DNA of 36,477 bases from an uncultured Candidatus Saccharibacteria bacterium. Its GTDB lineage: Bacteria > Patescibacteriota > Minisyncoccia > Minisyncoccales > CSSED10-335. Shown piece after piece: positions 15,921 to 25,139 of the stretch. The stretch spans positions 1-36,477 of the forward strand of contig CAZIZF010000001.1 in assembly GCA_964543755.1 (NCBI GenBank), in the 5' to 3' direction. The translations under genes and the position numbers were made by a program. The stretch's first letter is position 1, and each line of letters starts with the position of its first letter. The notes beneath the pieces were generated by a model. It saw only the letters and a list, made by a program, of their open reading frames with translations, was not told where the DNA came from and did no database searches.

Positions 15921-17737
15921 ATCACTGCCTTTATTCTTCTAATACCAGCTCCGCTGGACTCTTCTTTCACTATCTTAAATCTACCTATCTCCGAGGTTCT
16001 AGCTACATGAGGTCCACGGCATATCTCTTTAGAAATCTCTCCGATAGAATAGACATTAACCTTGTCGGGGTATCTTTTTCCGAATAAAGATAAAGTGCTT
16101 GAATCAACGACCTCTTTCTTAACTTCAATATCATCTTTTATATAACCATTCACAAGATCCTCCACTCTCTTTATCTCTTCTTTAGTCATCTTTCTAGGAT
16201 AAGAAAAATCAAACCTTAAACGTTCAGAAGTAATATTACTTCCCTTTTGAAAAACATCATCACCAAGTACTTCCCTTAATGCCGCCAAAAGCAGATGGGT
16301 TGCAGTATGAAGTTTTGTGGTCTTTTCACTTGTATCCGCTAATCCTCCCTTAAATAAACCAACTGAGGTAGTTTGAGATAATTTTTTGTGTTTATTAAAT
16401 TCCATCTTAAAACCTTCTTCATCAACCTTTTGTTGATTCTCTTCGGCAAGCTCTTTTATCATTTCTATCGGGAATCCAAAAGTCTGATAGAGATTAAAGG
16501 CCTCGGACCCCGATATTATTTCTTTTCCATTAAGTTTTTTAAATTCTTCGAGTCCTTTATTTAAAGTCTTATTAAACTTCTTCTCCTCCTTTTCTAGCTC
16601 GTTAAATATGAATTGGGAATTCCTTTCTAGTTCAGGATATATCCCGCCATATATTTTGATTACTTCTTGAGCAAGGTTATTCATCCAAAGATCAGATGTT
16701 ATACCGATCTGCCTGCCATACCTAATAACCCTCCTTATTAACCGACGGACAAAATATCCCTGCTGTTTATTACAAGGAGCCACCCCTCTTTCATCGCCAA
16801 TTATAAATGTTGCGGCCTTGATATGGTCTGCTATAATCTCAAATGGACGAAGATTATCCTCGTACTTCTTACCTGAAAGCTCTTCTGTCTTTGATATTAT
16901 CGGTTTGAAAAGATCTGTTTCAAAGACACTCGCATAGCCGTTCTTGACCATCGCTATTCTCTCCAGTCCTCCTCCAAAATCAACATTTTTATTCTTTAGT
17001 TCTGACCATCCATTCTCGGTTCTCTGATATTGCATAAAAACAGAATTACCTATCTCTAAAAATCTCCCGCAGTCACAGTTGGGATGACAAAATTTACCAA
17101 AGGACGGATCATGGTCCTTACCCGTGTCATAAAATGTCTCCGAACTCGGTCCTCCCAACTCCCCTATTACATCCCCTCTCTGCCACCAGTTTTTATCACC
17201 ATAAGCGAATATCTTCTCTCGGTCAAAGTCCAATTCAATCCCCGGACCAAGATTACCATAACCCTTAGTCTCAGGACCTTCAATAACTTCAATTCCATAT
17301 TTCTTATATATTTTTTTTAATATCAAAACCGATTCTTCATCTTTACTTACCGATTCATCTCCTCCATAAACGCTTTGATATATTTTTTTAGGATCTAGTT
17401 TTATCTCATCAATTAAAAATTCAAACCACCAGTTGAGTTGCTCTTCTTTGGAATAATCTCCTAAAGACCAGTTACCCAGCATTTCAAAAAAAGTTGTATG
17501 TCTGCGATCCCCAATCTCATCTATGTCATCAGCCCTAAATGATCTTTGAAAATTAACTAACCTTTTTCCTTTAGGATGATCTTCCCCTAGAAGATAAGGA
17601 ACTAATGGAAACATTCCCGAATTTACGAAAAGCAAACTGGGGTCGTCTTCCGGAATCAATGAAGCCGACGGTATTACCGCATGACCTCTTTTTTTATAGA
17701 ACTCAAGAAATCTCTCTCTTATCTCTTCAGAATTCAT
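15917..17737 (-). CDS. alaS: Alanine--tRNA ligase, compact form lacking the C-Ala domain
   Basis: 606 aa. AlaRS N-terminus (FLEFYKKRGHAVIPSASLIP..DPSLLFVNSGM). Editing-domain motifs HTATHLL and CRGPHV...GIRRIKAVI lie at the extreme C-terminus. ATGA overlap with tpiA. Confidence 0.9.
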   Translation of the reverse strand: MNSEEIRERFLEFYKKRGHAVIPSASLIPEDDPSLLFVNSGMFPLVPYLLGEDHPKGKRLVNFQRSFRADDIDEIGDRRHTTFFEMLGNWSLGDYSKEEQLNWWFEFLIDEIKLDPKKIYQSVYGGDESVSKDEESVLILKKIYKKYGIEVIEGPETKGYGNLGPGIELDFDREKIFAYGDKNWWQRGDVIGELGGPSSETFYDTGKDHDPSFGKFCHPNCDCGRFLEIGNSVFMQYQRTENGWSELKNKNVDFGGGLERIAMVKNGYASVFETDLFKPIISKTEELSGKKYEDNLRPFEIIADHIKAATFIIGDERGVAPCNKQQGYFVRRLIRRVIRYGRQIGITSDLWMNNLAQEVIKIYGGIYPELERNSQFIFNELEKEEKKFNKTLNKGLEEFKKLNGKEIISGSEAFNLYQTFGFPIEMIKELAEENQQKVDEEGFKMEFNKHKKLSQTTSVGLFKGGLADTSEKTTKLHTATHLLLAALREVLGDDVFQKGSNITSERLRFDFSYPRKMTKEEIKRVEDLVNGYIKDDIEVKKEVVDSSTLSLFGKRYPDKVNVYSIGEISKEICRGPHVARTSEIGRFKIVKEESSGAGIRRIKAVI

Positions 17738-18423
17738 ACTCCTTGAACTACTTTTAATATTTTTCCAAATTCAATTATATCTAAAGACGACCCTCCAACC
17801 AAAAGTCCAGAGAAAGATGAAATATAGTCGCCAGCATTAGATGAATTTACACTACCTCCATAGATAACCCTCTTTGGCTTTGCTATTTTCTCTATCAACA
17901 ACCTTGCCTTCTCCGCTGTTTTAGGGTCACATGATCGTCCTGAACCTATAGCCCAGACCGGTTCGTAAGCTACGATCAGATTACTATTAAATTTAGCCAA
18001 TTGCCTTTGCAAAACATTATCTGTCTTGCCTTCTTCTCTTTCTTTCTCGGTCTCTCCAACACAAAGAATAACTGAAAGCCCATTTCTCAATGCTTGCTTT
18101 ACCTTCCGATGAATTATATCATCGTCTTCATTAAAACTGGATCTTCTCTCTGAATGACCAAGAATAACATAATCAACTCCCATCTCTTTCAACATCTTGG
18201 GCGAAATCTCTCCAGTAAAAGGTCCTGCATCGTCAAACGAACAATTCTGAGCCCCAACTTTAACATTCTTAAGAATTGTAGTTTTATTTAAAAAAACGAA
18301 AGGAGGGCAAAGAACTACTTCACAGCCTTCAGATTCCAATCTTTCGGTTTCTATAATCATCCTCTCGGCCTCGTCCTGGCTTGTTGGATTCATCTTCCAG
18401 TTGGCTATAATTAATGGCTTCAT
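17734..18423 (-). CDS. tpiA: Triosephosphate isomerase
   Basis: 229 aa. Motifs ANWKMN, GHSERR, YEPVWAIGSG and YGGSV. Confidence 0.92.
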   Translation of the reverse strand: MKPLIIANWKMNPTSQDEAERMIIETERLESEGCEVVLCPPFVFLNKTTILKNVKVGAQNCSFDDAGPFTGEISPKMLKEMGVDYVILGHSERRSSFNEDDDIIHRKVKQALRNGLSVILCVGETEKEREEGKTDNVLQRQLAKFNSNLIVAYEPVWAIGSGRSCDPKTAEKARLLIEKIAKPKRVIYGGSVNSSNAGDYISSFSGLLVGGSSLDIIEFGKILKVVQGV

Positions 18424-19439
18424 ACTTTTTGTTTTCTTAAATAAGCAGCAGCTTTTTCGGGTTCAATAGTTGATATCTCTATACCCACAGCAAGCTCAAA
18501 GCCAGCCCAAACAGATGTCTTTGGTAAAATAGTCCAATGCCAATGATAATATGAATGATCATTACCATCAGAAGGAGCTGAATGAAGATAGAAATTATAT
18601 GGAGGATCGCCCAACGCCTTGTGTAACTTAGCAAGAACTATCTTAAAGATATCTGCCAAATTAACCTTTTCTTTCTCTGTTATCTTTTCAAAAAATGCCA
18701 GATGCCTCTTCGGTGAAATAATCACTTGAAAAGCCGCCTTAGATGCAAAGGGGCAAATAGCAATAAAGTCATCGTTTTCATAGACTATCCTCTCCCTCTG
18801 TTTCATTTCCCACTCATTCATTTTGCAATAGATACACTCCTTGTTCTTTTTAAACTTTCTTGCCTTCGCTAAAGCATCTTTTAGATCAATATCTATGAGA
18901 GGCATAGCTATTAATTGAGAATGAGGATGATATATTGAAGCTCCGGCCTCTGGCCCATGATTATGAAAGATAGAGACATAGTTGACTATCTCTTTCTTAA
19001 TTAAATCAGTATATCTCTGCGCATAAACATCAATTACTTCCTTAACATGTTCTTTGGGAAGAAGAGCCAGCGACTTATCATGATCTCTCGTTATAATCAC
19101 CTCATGGAAACCAACCGCATTCATTGTTTCAAAAAGACCATCGCACTTCTTTCTATTCAGTTCATCTGAAAAAACAAAAGCAGGATACTTATTAGGAAGA
19201 ACCAATGTCGTCCAATTCTTGGAAAGAAAATCTATCTCTTTTCCGTCTTTATAAACAAGGACTGGATTTTCCTTTTCACTAATATTACAAAAAGGACAAT
19301 CCTTCTTAAAGACTCTCTTTCTTTGTCTCTTATCCTTTTTGAATGAATCGGGTCTCCTTGCCCGCCCTGTCGCAATCACCACCCAATCCCCGGAGTTTCG
19401 GTTTAATCTTAATTCAGAGGGAAATTTTTTTTTACTCAT
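18420..19439 (-). CDS. galT: Galactose-1-phosphate uridylyltransferase family (HIT superfamily) nucleotidyltransferase
   Basis: 339 aa. CPFC zinc motif and the HPHSQ (HxHxQ) active-site motif. ATGA overlap with tpiA. Confidence 0.8.
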   Translation of the reverse strand: MSKKKFPSELRLNRNSGDWVVIATGRARRPDSFKKDKRQRKRVFKKDCPFCNISEKENPVLVYKDGKEIDFLSKNWTTLVLPNKYPAFVFSDELNRKKCDGLFETMNAVGFHEVIITRDHDKSLALLPKEHVKEVIDVYAQRYTDLIKKEIVNYVSIFHNHGPEAGASIYHPHSQLIAMPLIDIDLKDALAKARKFKKNKECIYCKMNEWEMKQRERIVYENDDFIAICPFASKAAFQVIISPKRHLAFFEKITEKEKVNLADIFKIVLAKLHKALGDPPYNFYLHSAPSDGNDHSYYHWHWTILPKTSVWAGFELAVGIEISTIEPEKAAAYLRKQKV

Positions 19440-19445
19440 ATTGGT

Positions 19446-19454
19446 ATTATAACA
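19446..19454 (-). promoter_or_regulatory. Extended -10 element (TGTTATAAT), 6 nt upstream of the galT ATG
   Basis: The minus strand reads TTTTGTTATAATACCAATATG. It has a perfect TGnTATAAT and no Shine-Dalgarno-like sequence. Confidence 0.45.
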
Positions 19455-19479
19455 AAAATTATTAAAAACAAAATACCCC

Positions 19480-20214
19480 TTATGTCAAAACTTCAAATCC
19501 CTCATCAGTAACAGCTACTGTATGCTCAAAATGAGCCGATAAAGAATTATCCTTTGTCTTAAAGGTAAATCCGACTTTCTCTATCTCCGCTCCCCCATTT
19601 GATACCATCGGCTCAATACAGAAGACCATTCCCTTTTTTATCTCTGGGCCAGATCTTCTCTTTCCTGTATTAAGAACTTCTGGCTCTTCGTGCAACTCTC
19701 TACCAATCCCATGACCGCAAAGCCCCTCTATCACCGTAAAACCTTGCGATTCTACATATCTCTGTATCGTATTCCCTATATCACCAAAAGTATTCCCCGG
19801 ACGAACCTTTTTAAGTCCTCTCTTTAATGCTTTTTTAGTAACCCTAATAAGTCGTACTATTTCAGGAGTAACTTCGCCCACTGCAACCGTGATCGCTGTA
19901 TCACTATGAAATCCTTTATAAAATAAACCGATATCAATACTTAATATATCACCATCTTGCAATCTTTTATCAGAGGGAACGCCATGGACTATCTCTTCAT
20001 TTACTGAAGTACAAATCGCTGCCGGAAATCCTCCGTAACCCTTAAATGAGGGAATCCCTCCACAATCAAAAATCATGCTCTCGGCAAGCATATTTAGTTC
20101 AGCTGTAGTTACTCCAGGAACAACTTTATCTTTTAATTTTAAAAGAATATCTGCTAGGATCTTTGAACCCTCTCGCATTATATCTATCTCCTTCTGATTC
20201 TTAATCTTTATCAT
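19480..20214 (-). CDS. map: Type I methionine aminopeptidase
   Basis: 244 aa. MetAP-I sequence (EIDIMREGSKILA, ICTSVNEEIVHG, DIGL..GFHSD, GHGIG, EPM). Confidence 0.93.
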   Translation of the reverse strand: MIKIKNQKEIDIMREGSKILADILLKLKDKVVPGVTTAELNMLAESMIFDCGGIPSFKGYGGFPAAICTSVNEEIVHGVPSDKRLQDGDILSIDIGLFYKGFHSDTAITVAVGEVTPEIVRLIRVTKKALKRGLKKVRPGNTFGDIGNTIQRYVESQGFTVIEGLCGHGIGRELHEEPEVLNTGKRRSGPEIKKGMVFCIEPMVSNGGAEIEKVGFTFKTKDNSLSAHFEHTVAVTDEGFEVLT

Positions 20215-20896
20215 CTTTAAGGACTTTCATTATATCCTCAAAAACCTTAGCCGGTGGATTAGAGCCATTAATTTCACTTACAGAAAGTCCTTCTCCTTTA
20301 AAGAAATCAATCAACGGCAAAGTCCTTTCCCTGAATTCTTTTATTCTCACTTTAATATTTTCAACATCATCAAGTCCTTCCCTCTTTATGAGCTTTGAAC
20401 CATCAAGAGGACAAAACTTAAGATCTTTGGTCTCCTCTGAATAAAGGATGGAATGCCTCATTAGCTCACAGATCCTTCTGTTGGAATTTCTGTGGATGGT
20501 CTCGTCAGCCGATACATTTAAAAATATGACCTTAATGTTATTAGCCCCATAAAGATCCTTAAGGCAAGGTGTAACCCTCTCTCCCTCGTAAAGAGTTCTA
20601 GGAGAGCCAGAAAAGATTATATTCTTCCCTTCAGAATGAAGATCTTTTATCTTCTCAATGACTAGTTGAGTAACAAATGGCGGATCACAAAGAAACCCCG
20701 TTTCCCAGAGTTTCTTCTGGTCTTTGGTATAGAACCTCTCACCATCAACCTCAACAAAGTCATCTTTTTTCGCATCCTTAAACTTCTGCTCTAATATCTT
20801 ACTGGTCTCAAAACAATGAAGATTGAATACACTTGATATTAATTCTGATTGAGTTCCTTTGCCAGAACCGGGAGGGCCGAGAATAATAATTATCAT
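20201..20896 (-). CDS. adk: Adenylate kinase
   Basis: 231 aa. P-loop GPPGSGKGTQ. LID region with partial Cys/His ligands. Canonical secY-adk-map order. Confidence 0.88.
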   Translation of the reverse strand: MIIIILGPPGSGKGTQSELISSVFNLHCFETSKILEQKFKDAKKDDFVEVDGERFYTKDQKKLWETGFLCDPPFVTQLVIEKIKDLHSEGKNIIFSGSPRTLYEGERVTPCLKDLYGANNIKVIFLNVSADETIHRNSNRRICELMRHSILYSEETKDLKFCPLDGSKLIKREGLDDVENIKVRIKEFRERTLPLIDFFKGEGLSVSEINGSNPPAKVFEDIMKVLKDDKD

Positions 20897-20905
20897 ATTT
20901 TTTAG

Positions 20906-22207
20906 TTAAAATGTTTCATAATCCCTCATCTGAAGCTGAGCTTTTATCTGCTTGATGGTTTCAAGAACAACACTAACAATAATCAGCACTGATGCGCCAC
21001 CGATTAAGAAATAGAATCCTTCTATCTGTTCACCAGTTATGACCTGAATAAGTCCCTGAATAATCCAGGGCAAGATGGCGATAAACGCCAAAAAGAATCC
21101 TCCTAAGAAGAGAGTTCTGTTAAGGATATGCGAAAGATGTTTCGTCGTCGGAGTTCCAGGCCTTATTCCCGGTATAAATCCTCCCATTTTCTGAAGGTTC
21201 TCGGACACATTCTTAGGGTCAAAGGTTACTGCAGTATAGAAATATGTGAAAAGGAATACTAGTATAAATATCATTCCTCCAAATATCCAAAGACTATCAA
21301 AGAACTGAACTATAAATGTCGCTGCCGTACCGATGAATCCATCAACCCCCGAAAGAAACTGGCCAATCATTGATGGCATAAATGCGATAGCGAAGGCGAA
21401 GATAATCGGAATCACTCCAGCTGGGTTAAGACTGAGCGGAAGATAGGTTGATACCCCTCCATACATCTTTTTACCCCTTACTCTCTTGGCGTAAGAAACA
21501 GGTATATTCCTTCTGGCCTCATTGAAAAAGACAACACCGACAATAGTGGCGAGCGCCATAAGGAAGAGGAGCATATAGGATTGGAGGGCACCAGGATAAT
21601 CCATTATGCTTTCTATCATTATTGATATGTTGCTTGGAAAAATGGCGATAATACCAGCAAAGATAAGGAGCGAGACCCCATTACCTATTCCTTTTTGAGT
21701 TATTAGTTCACCAATCCACATCAAAAAGATCGTTCCAGCAGTGATGGTGAAAAGAGATACCATCATCTGCATTGAGCTCAACGGCTCAATTACCCCTTCA
21801 TTTTGAAAGAGCATCAACATTCCAAATCCCTGGATAAATGAGAACGGTACAGTCAAGAGCCGTCCATATTGATTAATCTTCTGCCTCCCTGCCTCTCCTT
21901 CCTCCTTCTGAAGTTTTTCAAGAGCAGGTATCACCATTGTCATAAGCTGCATCACAATTACAGCCGTAATAAAAGGTCCAAGACCAAGCATAACGATCGA
22001 AAACTTGTCCAAAGCGCCTCCCGTCAACGCGCTGGCAAACTTTAGTATTCCTAGTCCTTCAAATAAAGCATCCATCCTTTCGGGATTTATTCCCGGCATC
22101 GGAATATTAGACATCAATCGAAAGACAGCAAAAGCTCCAAGAATAAAAAGTAGTTTATTCCTAAGATCCTTTATCTTGAATATCTGAGTTATCTTTTCAA
22201 TCCACAT
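20906..22207 (-). CDS. secY: Preprotein translocase subunit SecY
   Basis: 433 aa with ten hydrophobic segments. SecY-like N-terminus (LRNKLLFILGAFAVFRL). Follows rplO. Confidence 0.94.
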   Translation of the reverse strand: MWIEKITQIFKIKDLRNKLLFILGAFAVFRLMSNIPMPGINPERMDALFEGLGILKFASALTGGALDKFSIVMLGLGPFITAVIVMQLMTMVIPALEKLQKEEGEAGRQKINQYGRLLTVPFSFIQGFGMLMLFQNEGVIEPLSSMQMMVSLFTITAGTIFLMWIGELITQKGIGNGVSLLIFAGIIAIFPSNISIMIESIMDYPGALQSYMLLFLMALATIVGVVFFNEARRNIPVSYAKRVRGKKMYGGVSTYLPLSLNPAGVIPIIFAFAIAFMPSMIGQFLSGVDGFIGTAATFIVQFFDSLWIFGGMIFILVFLFTYFYTAVTFDPKNVSENLQKMGGFIPGIRPGTPTTKHLSHILNRTLFLGGFFLAFIAILPWIIQGLIQVITGEQIEGFYFLIGGASVLIIVSVVLETIKQIKAQLQMRDYETF

Positions 22208-22632
22208 CTTTTTTGTATTACCTTCCCGCCCGCCTCTTCAATCTTTTTAATAGCTGACTGGGATAAAAGAATTTCCCTTACCATAAGTTTCTTATTCAAC
22301 GAACCGTTCCCCAATATTTTAATAACAGAAGACCTTCTTCTCACTAAACCTTTTTCAACAAGCGTCTTAGGTGATACTACCTCATTGACTGCAAACTTCT
22401 TCTGAAGATCAGAAACCTTTACATTCTCAATTGTTTTAGTTGAGCTAAACCTGTAACCCCTTAACTTATGGTACTTTTTAATCACCTCTCTTATGGCCGG
22501 AGCCTTCTTATGTCCCGATCGAGACAATTGTCCCTTTACTCCACGACCAGAATAGGTTCCCTTCTTTCCTCCACGACCTATTCTCTTACTCTTCTTAAGC
22601 TTGTTCTTCGGTTTGATTTGATGTATCTGCAT
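22189..22632 (-). CDS. rplO: 50S ribosomal protein L15
   Basis: 147 aa. MQIHQIKP...KRIGRGGKKGTYSGRG. Its 5' end overlaps the rpsE 3' end by 38 nt. Confidence 0.92.
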   Translation of the reverse strand: MQIHQIKPKNKLKKSKRIGRGGKKGTYSGRGVKGQLSRSGHKKAPAIREVIKKYHKLRGYRFSSTKTIENVKVSDLQKKFAVNEVVSPKTLVEKGLVRRRSSVIKILGNGSLNKKLMVREILLSQSAIKKIEEAGGKVIQKRCGLKR

Positions 22633-23110
22633 CTTTTTCTTCTATCTTTAATGGTTTTTGAATCCGTATCTTTTTAAGCGCCAATATGGTAGCTTTAGCA
22701 TTATTCAGCTTATTCCCAGTTCGGGAAATATTCTTAGCCGATATATTTTTTATCCCAGCTAATTCGCATATCAATTTGGTCGTACCTCCAGCAACTAACC
22801 CTCTTCCTTTTCCTTGAGGCCTAAGCATAATCTGCGCCGCCTTAAAACGAGCTTCGGATCGGTATGGTATAGTGCCATCAACTATCGGCACATCAATCAT
22901 ATTCTTCTTTCCCAACTTAGTCGCCTTCTCTATTGCCTGACTTACATCAACCGCCTTTGCAACAGCGACACCCACTTTTCCATTCTTATTGCCCACAACC
23001 ATAACTGCTCGAAAGCAGAGTCGTCTTCCCCCAGCAGTCATCCTCTCCACCCTGCTCAAGTCAAGCAGTTTAGATTCAAACTCATCATTTTTTAGCTCTT
23101 TTTCAATCAT
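22595..23110 (-). CDS. rpsE: 30S ribosomal protein S5
   Basis: 171 aa. Motifs RV.RMTAGGRR..FRA..VVGN and GRGLVAGG. Confidence 0.93.
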   Translation of the reverse strand: MIEKELKNDEFESKLLDLSRVERMTAGGRRLCFRAVMVVGNKNGKVGVAVAKAVDVSQAIEKATKLGKKNMIDVPIVDGTIPYRSEARFKAAQIMLRPQGKGRGLVAGGTTKLICELAGIKNISAKNISRTGNKLNNAKATILALKKIRIQKPLKIEEKDADTSNQTEEQA

Positions 23111-23111
23111 A

Positions 23112-23444
23112 TTAAAACTTTAGACCACCTTTTCTAGCCCCCTCGGCCAACGCTTTAACCCTTCCATGATAAGCGTAACTTCCTCTATCAAAAACAACCT
23201 TCTCAATCCCCTTCTTCTTGGCCTTCTCTGCAACAATCAACCCTGTATTATATGCCAAAAGGGTCTTTCCTTTGCCCGCAAGCCCAGCGCTATTCGCGGA
23301 GAGAATAGTTTCTCCTTTCTCATCATTAATGAGTTGGGCATAGATGTGGTTTAAGGATCTGAAAACCGAAAGTCGGGGCCTTTCAGTAGTCCCAAAAAGC
23401 TTAGCTCGGACTCTTCTCTTTCTTCTTGTCTTAGTATTAATCAT
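23112..23444 (-). CDS. rplR: 50S ribosomal protein L18
   Basis: 110 aa. [16 protein letters not shown] and [22 protein letters not shown]. Confidence 0.93.
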   Translation of the reverse strand: MINTKTRRKRRVRAKLFGTTERPRLSVFRSLNHIYAQLINDEKGETILSANSAGLAGKGKTLLAYNTGLIVAEKAKKKGIEKVVFDRGSYAYHGRVKALAEGARKGGLKF

Positions 23445-23449
23445 ATTAT

Positions 23450-23989
23450 TTATTTTCCAGCGGCTTTCTTGCCAACCTTCCTCTTTATTATCTCACCTTC
23501 ATATCTAATACCTTTTCCCTTATAGGGCTCGGGGGGTCTTATCTTTCTTATCTTGGCGGCGGTATGAGTCACTTGTTGTTTATCTATCCCTGAAACAGAA
23601 ATTATATTTTTTTCAACCGAGAAAGTTATCCCTTCCTCGGGTGATACCCTTACCGGATGAGAATATCCGACCTGAAAAACCAAATCCTGACCCTCTAATA
23701 CAGCTCTATATCCAACACCTTCTAGCTGAAGCTTTTTTATATACCCTTCGGTCACACCGATGATCATATTATTCACTAGACTTCTAGTCAATCCCCAAAA
23801 AGCTCTGCTCTTTTTATCATTCCTAATAAGAGTAAAGACAATCTTGTTATCTTTTATCTCAAATAATATCTCGGGTCTTAAATCCCTTGTAAGTTCACCC
23901 TTAGGCCCCTTTACAGTAATCTTTGATCCATCAATCTTAACATCAACTCCTGAAGGGATAGTAATCGGTTTTTTTCCTATTCTCGACAT
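23450..23989 (-). CDS. rplF: 50S ribosomal protein L6
   Basis: 179 aa. [13 protein letters not shown] start and PEPYKGKGI motif. Confidence 0.94.
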   Translation of the reverse strand: MSRIGKKPITIPSGVDVKIDGSKITVKGPKGELTRDLRPEILFEIKDNKIVFTLIRNDKKSRAFWGLTRSLVNNMIIGVTEGYIKKLQLEGVGYRAVLEGQDLVFQVGYSHPVRVSPEEGITFSVEKNIISVSGIDKQQVTHTAAKIRKIRPPEPYKGKGIRYEGEIIKRKVGKKAAGK

Positions 23990-23994
23990 CTTAT

Positions 23995-24390
23995 TTAATA
24001 CACTTCAATTAAAATTTCTCCACCAAGTCCAGCCTTCCTCGCCTCATAATTAGTCATAAGTCCTTTGGAAGTTGATATTATTGATACGCCTGCTCCGTCC
24101 CTTACCTTTTTTATTCTGCTCACTGGAGCATATATTCTTTGACCAGGGGTTGAAACCCTATTAATGCCTACTATATACCCCTCGCCATTTTCATGATACT
24201 TTAATTCAATTTCTAAAACCTTTCTTGTCTTCTTTCCCTTTTTTTCAACCTTACCAATCCACTGCTTGGATTCCAAAATCTTCGCAATCTCATATTTCAT
24301 ACTAGAAAAGGGAACTCTAATCGTCTTTTTAGAAACGGCTTGTGCGGTCTTTATTCTATTAATCATATCTGCTATCGGATCAGTGTTCAT
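23995..24390 (-). CDS. rpsH: 30S ribosomal protein S8
   Basis: 131 aa. DPIADMINRIK start and GGEILIEVY end. Confidence 0.94.
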   Translation of the reverse strand: MNTDPIADMINRIKTAQAVSKKTIRVPFSSMKYEIAKILESKQWIGKVEKKGKKTRKVLEIELKYHENGEGYIVGINRVSTPGQRIYAPVSRIKKVRDGAGVSIISTSKGLMTNYEARKAGLGGEILIEVY

Positions 24391-24394
24391 ATTT

Positions 24395-24580
24395 TTACCA
24401 GCTTGATTTTTTAACCCCAGGGATTAGACCTTCGTTGGCCATCTCTCTGAAACATATTCTACAAAGACCAAAATCCCTCATATATCCTCTCCCTCTCCCA
24501 CACTTAAAGCATCGGTTCACACTTTGAGTGGAAAACTTGGGTTTCTTCTCTGATTTTGCAATTTGTGATTTTTTAGCCAT
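24395..24580 (-). CDS. rpsN: 30S ribosomal protein S14, short zinc-binding (type Z) form
   Basis: 61 aa. CxxC...CxxC pattern ([20 protein letters not shown]). Ends in KSSW. Confidence 0.93.
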   Translation of the reverse strand: MAKKSQIAKSEKKPKFSTQSVNRCFKCGRGRGYMRDFGLCRICFREMANEGLIPGVKKSSW

Positions 24581-25139
24581 GTTTAATGGGAAATCCTAAA
24601 AGTTTTAATAATTCAGCACCTTCTTCTTTTGTTTTGGCGCTGGTTTTAACCGTGATTTGAAATCCAAAAATGTTCTTTAGTTTCTCCGCAGAGACCTCAG
24701 GGAATATTATATGCTCTTTTATTCCAATTGACATATTTCCCTCCTTATCAAGGCATTTACTATCCAAACCCCTAAAGTCCCTTGAACGGGGTAAGGCGAT
24801 ATGAATGAGCCGATCCAGAAAATCATACATCCTCTTTCCTCTTATAGTAACCTTAGCCCCAATAACAGTCCCCTCTCTCAACTTAAATCCAGATATTGAC
24901 TTTCTCGCTTGTCTCATTGAAGGCTTTTGGCCAGTAATAGCGGCCAGATCACTACTTATCCCCGCTATAAACTTCCTCAACTCATCTCCACTCTTACTCA
25001 CCGCTTCTTTACCAAAACCGACATTAACAACGACCTTTTCAATCTTAGGAACCTGGTTCACATTCCTATACCCAAACTTCTTCATTATGACAGGAATCAC
25101 CTCCTTATCGTACTTTTCCTTAAAATTCAATATTGTCAT
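24573..25139 (-). CDS. rplE: 50S ribosomal protein L5
   Basis: 188 aa. Motifs N.VP.IEKVVVN.G and DFRG. Confidence 0.93.
   Translation of the reverse strand: MTILNFKEKYDKEVIPVIMKKFGYRNVNQVPKIEKVVVNVGFGKEAVSKSGDELRKFIAGISSDLAAITGQKPSMRQARKSISGFKLREGTVIGAKVTIRGKRMYDFLDRLIHIALPRSRDFRGLDSKCLDKEGNMSIGIKEHIIFPEVSAEKLKNIFGFQITVKTSAKTKEEGAELLKLLGFPIKHG

Noticed and set aside
19483-19488. TTGACA at the end of map as the -35 for the galT promoter.
   Set aside because: It lies 31 nt from the TATAAT box, too far for a sigma70 spacer. The TG-extended -10 does not require a -35. A separate weak promoter using TTGACA with TAATAA cannot be excluded, but it is unsupported.
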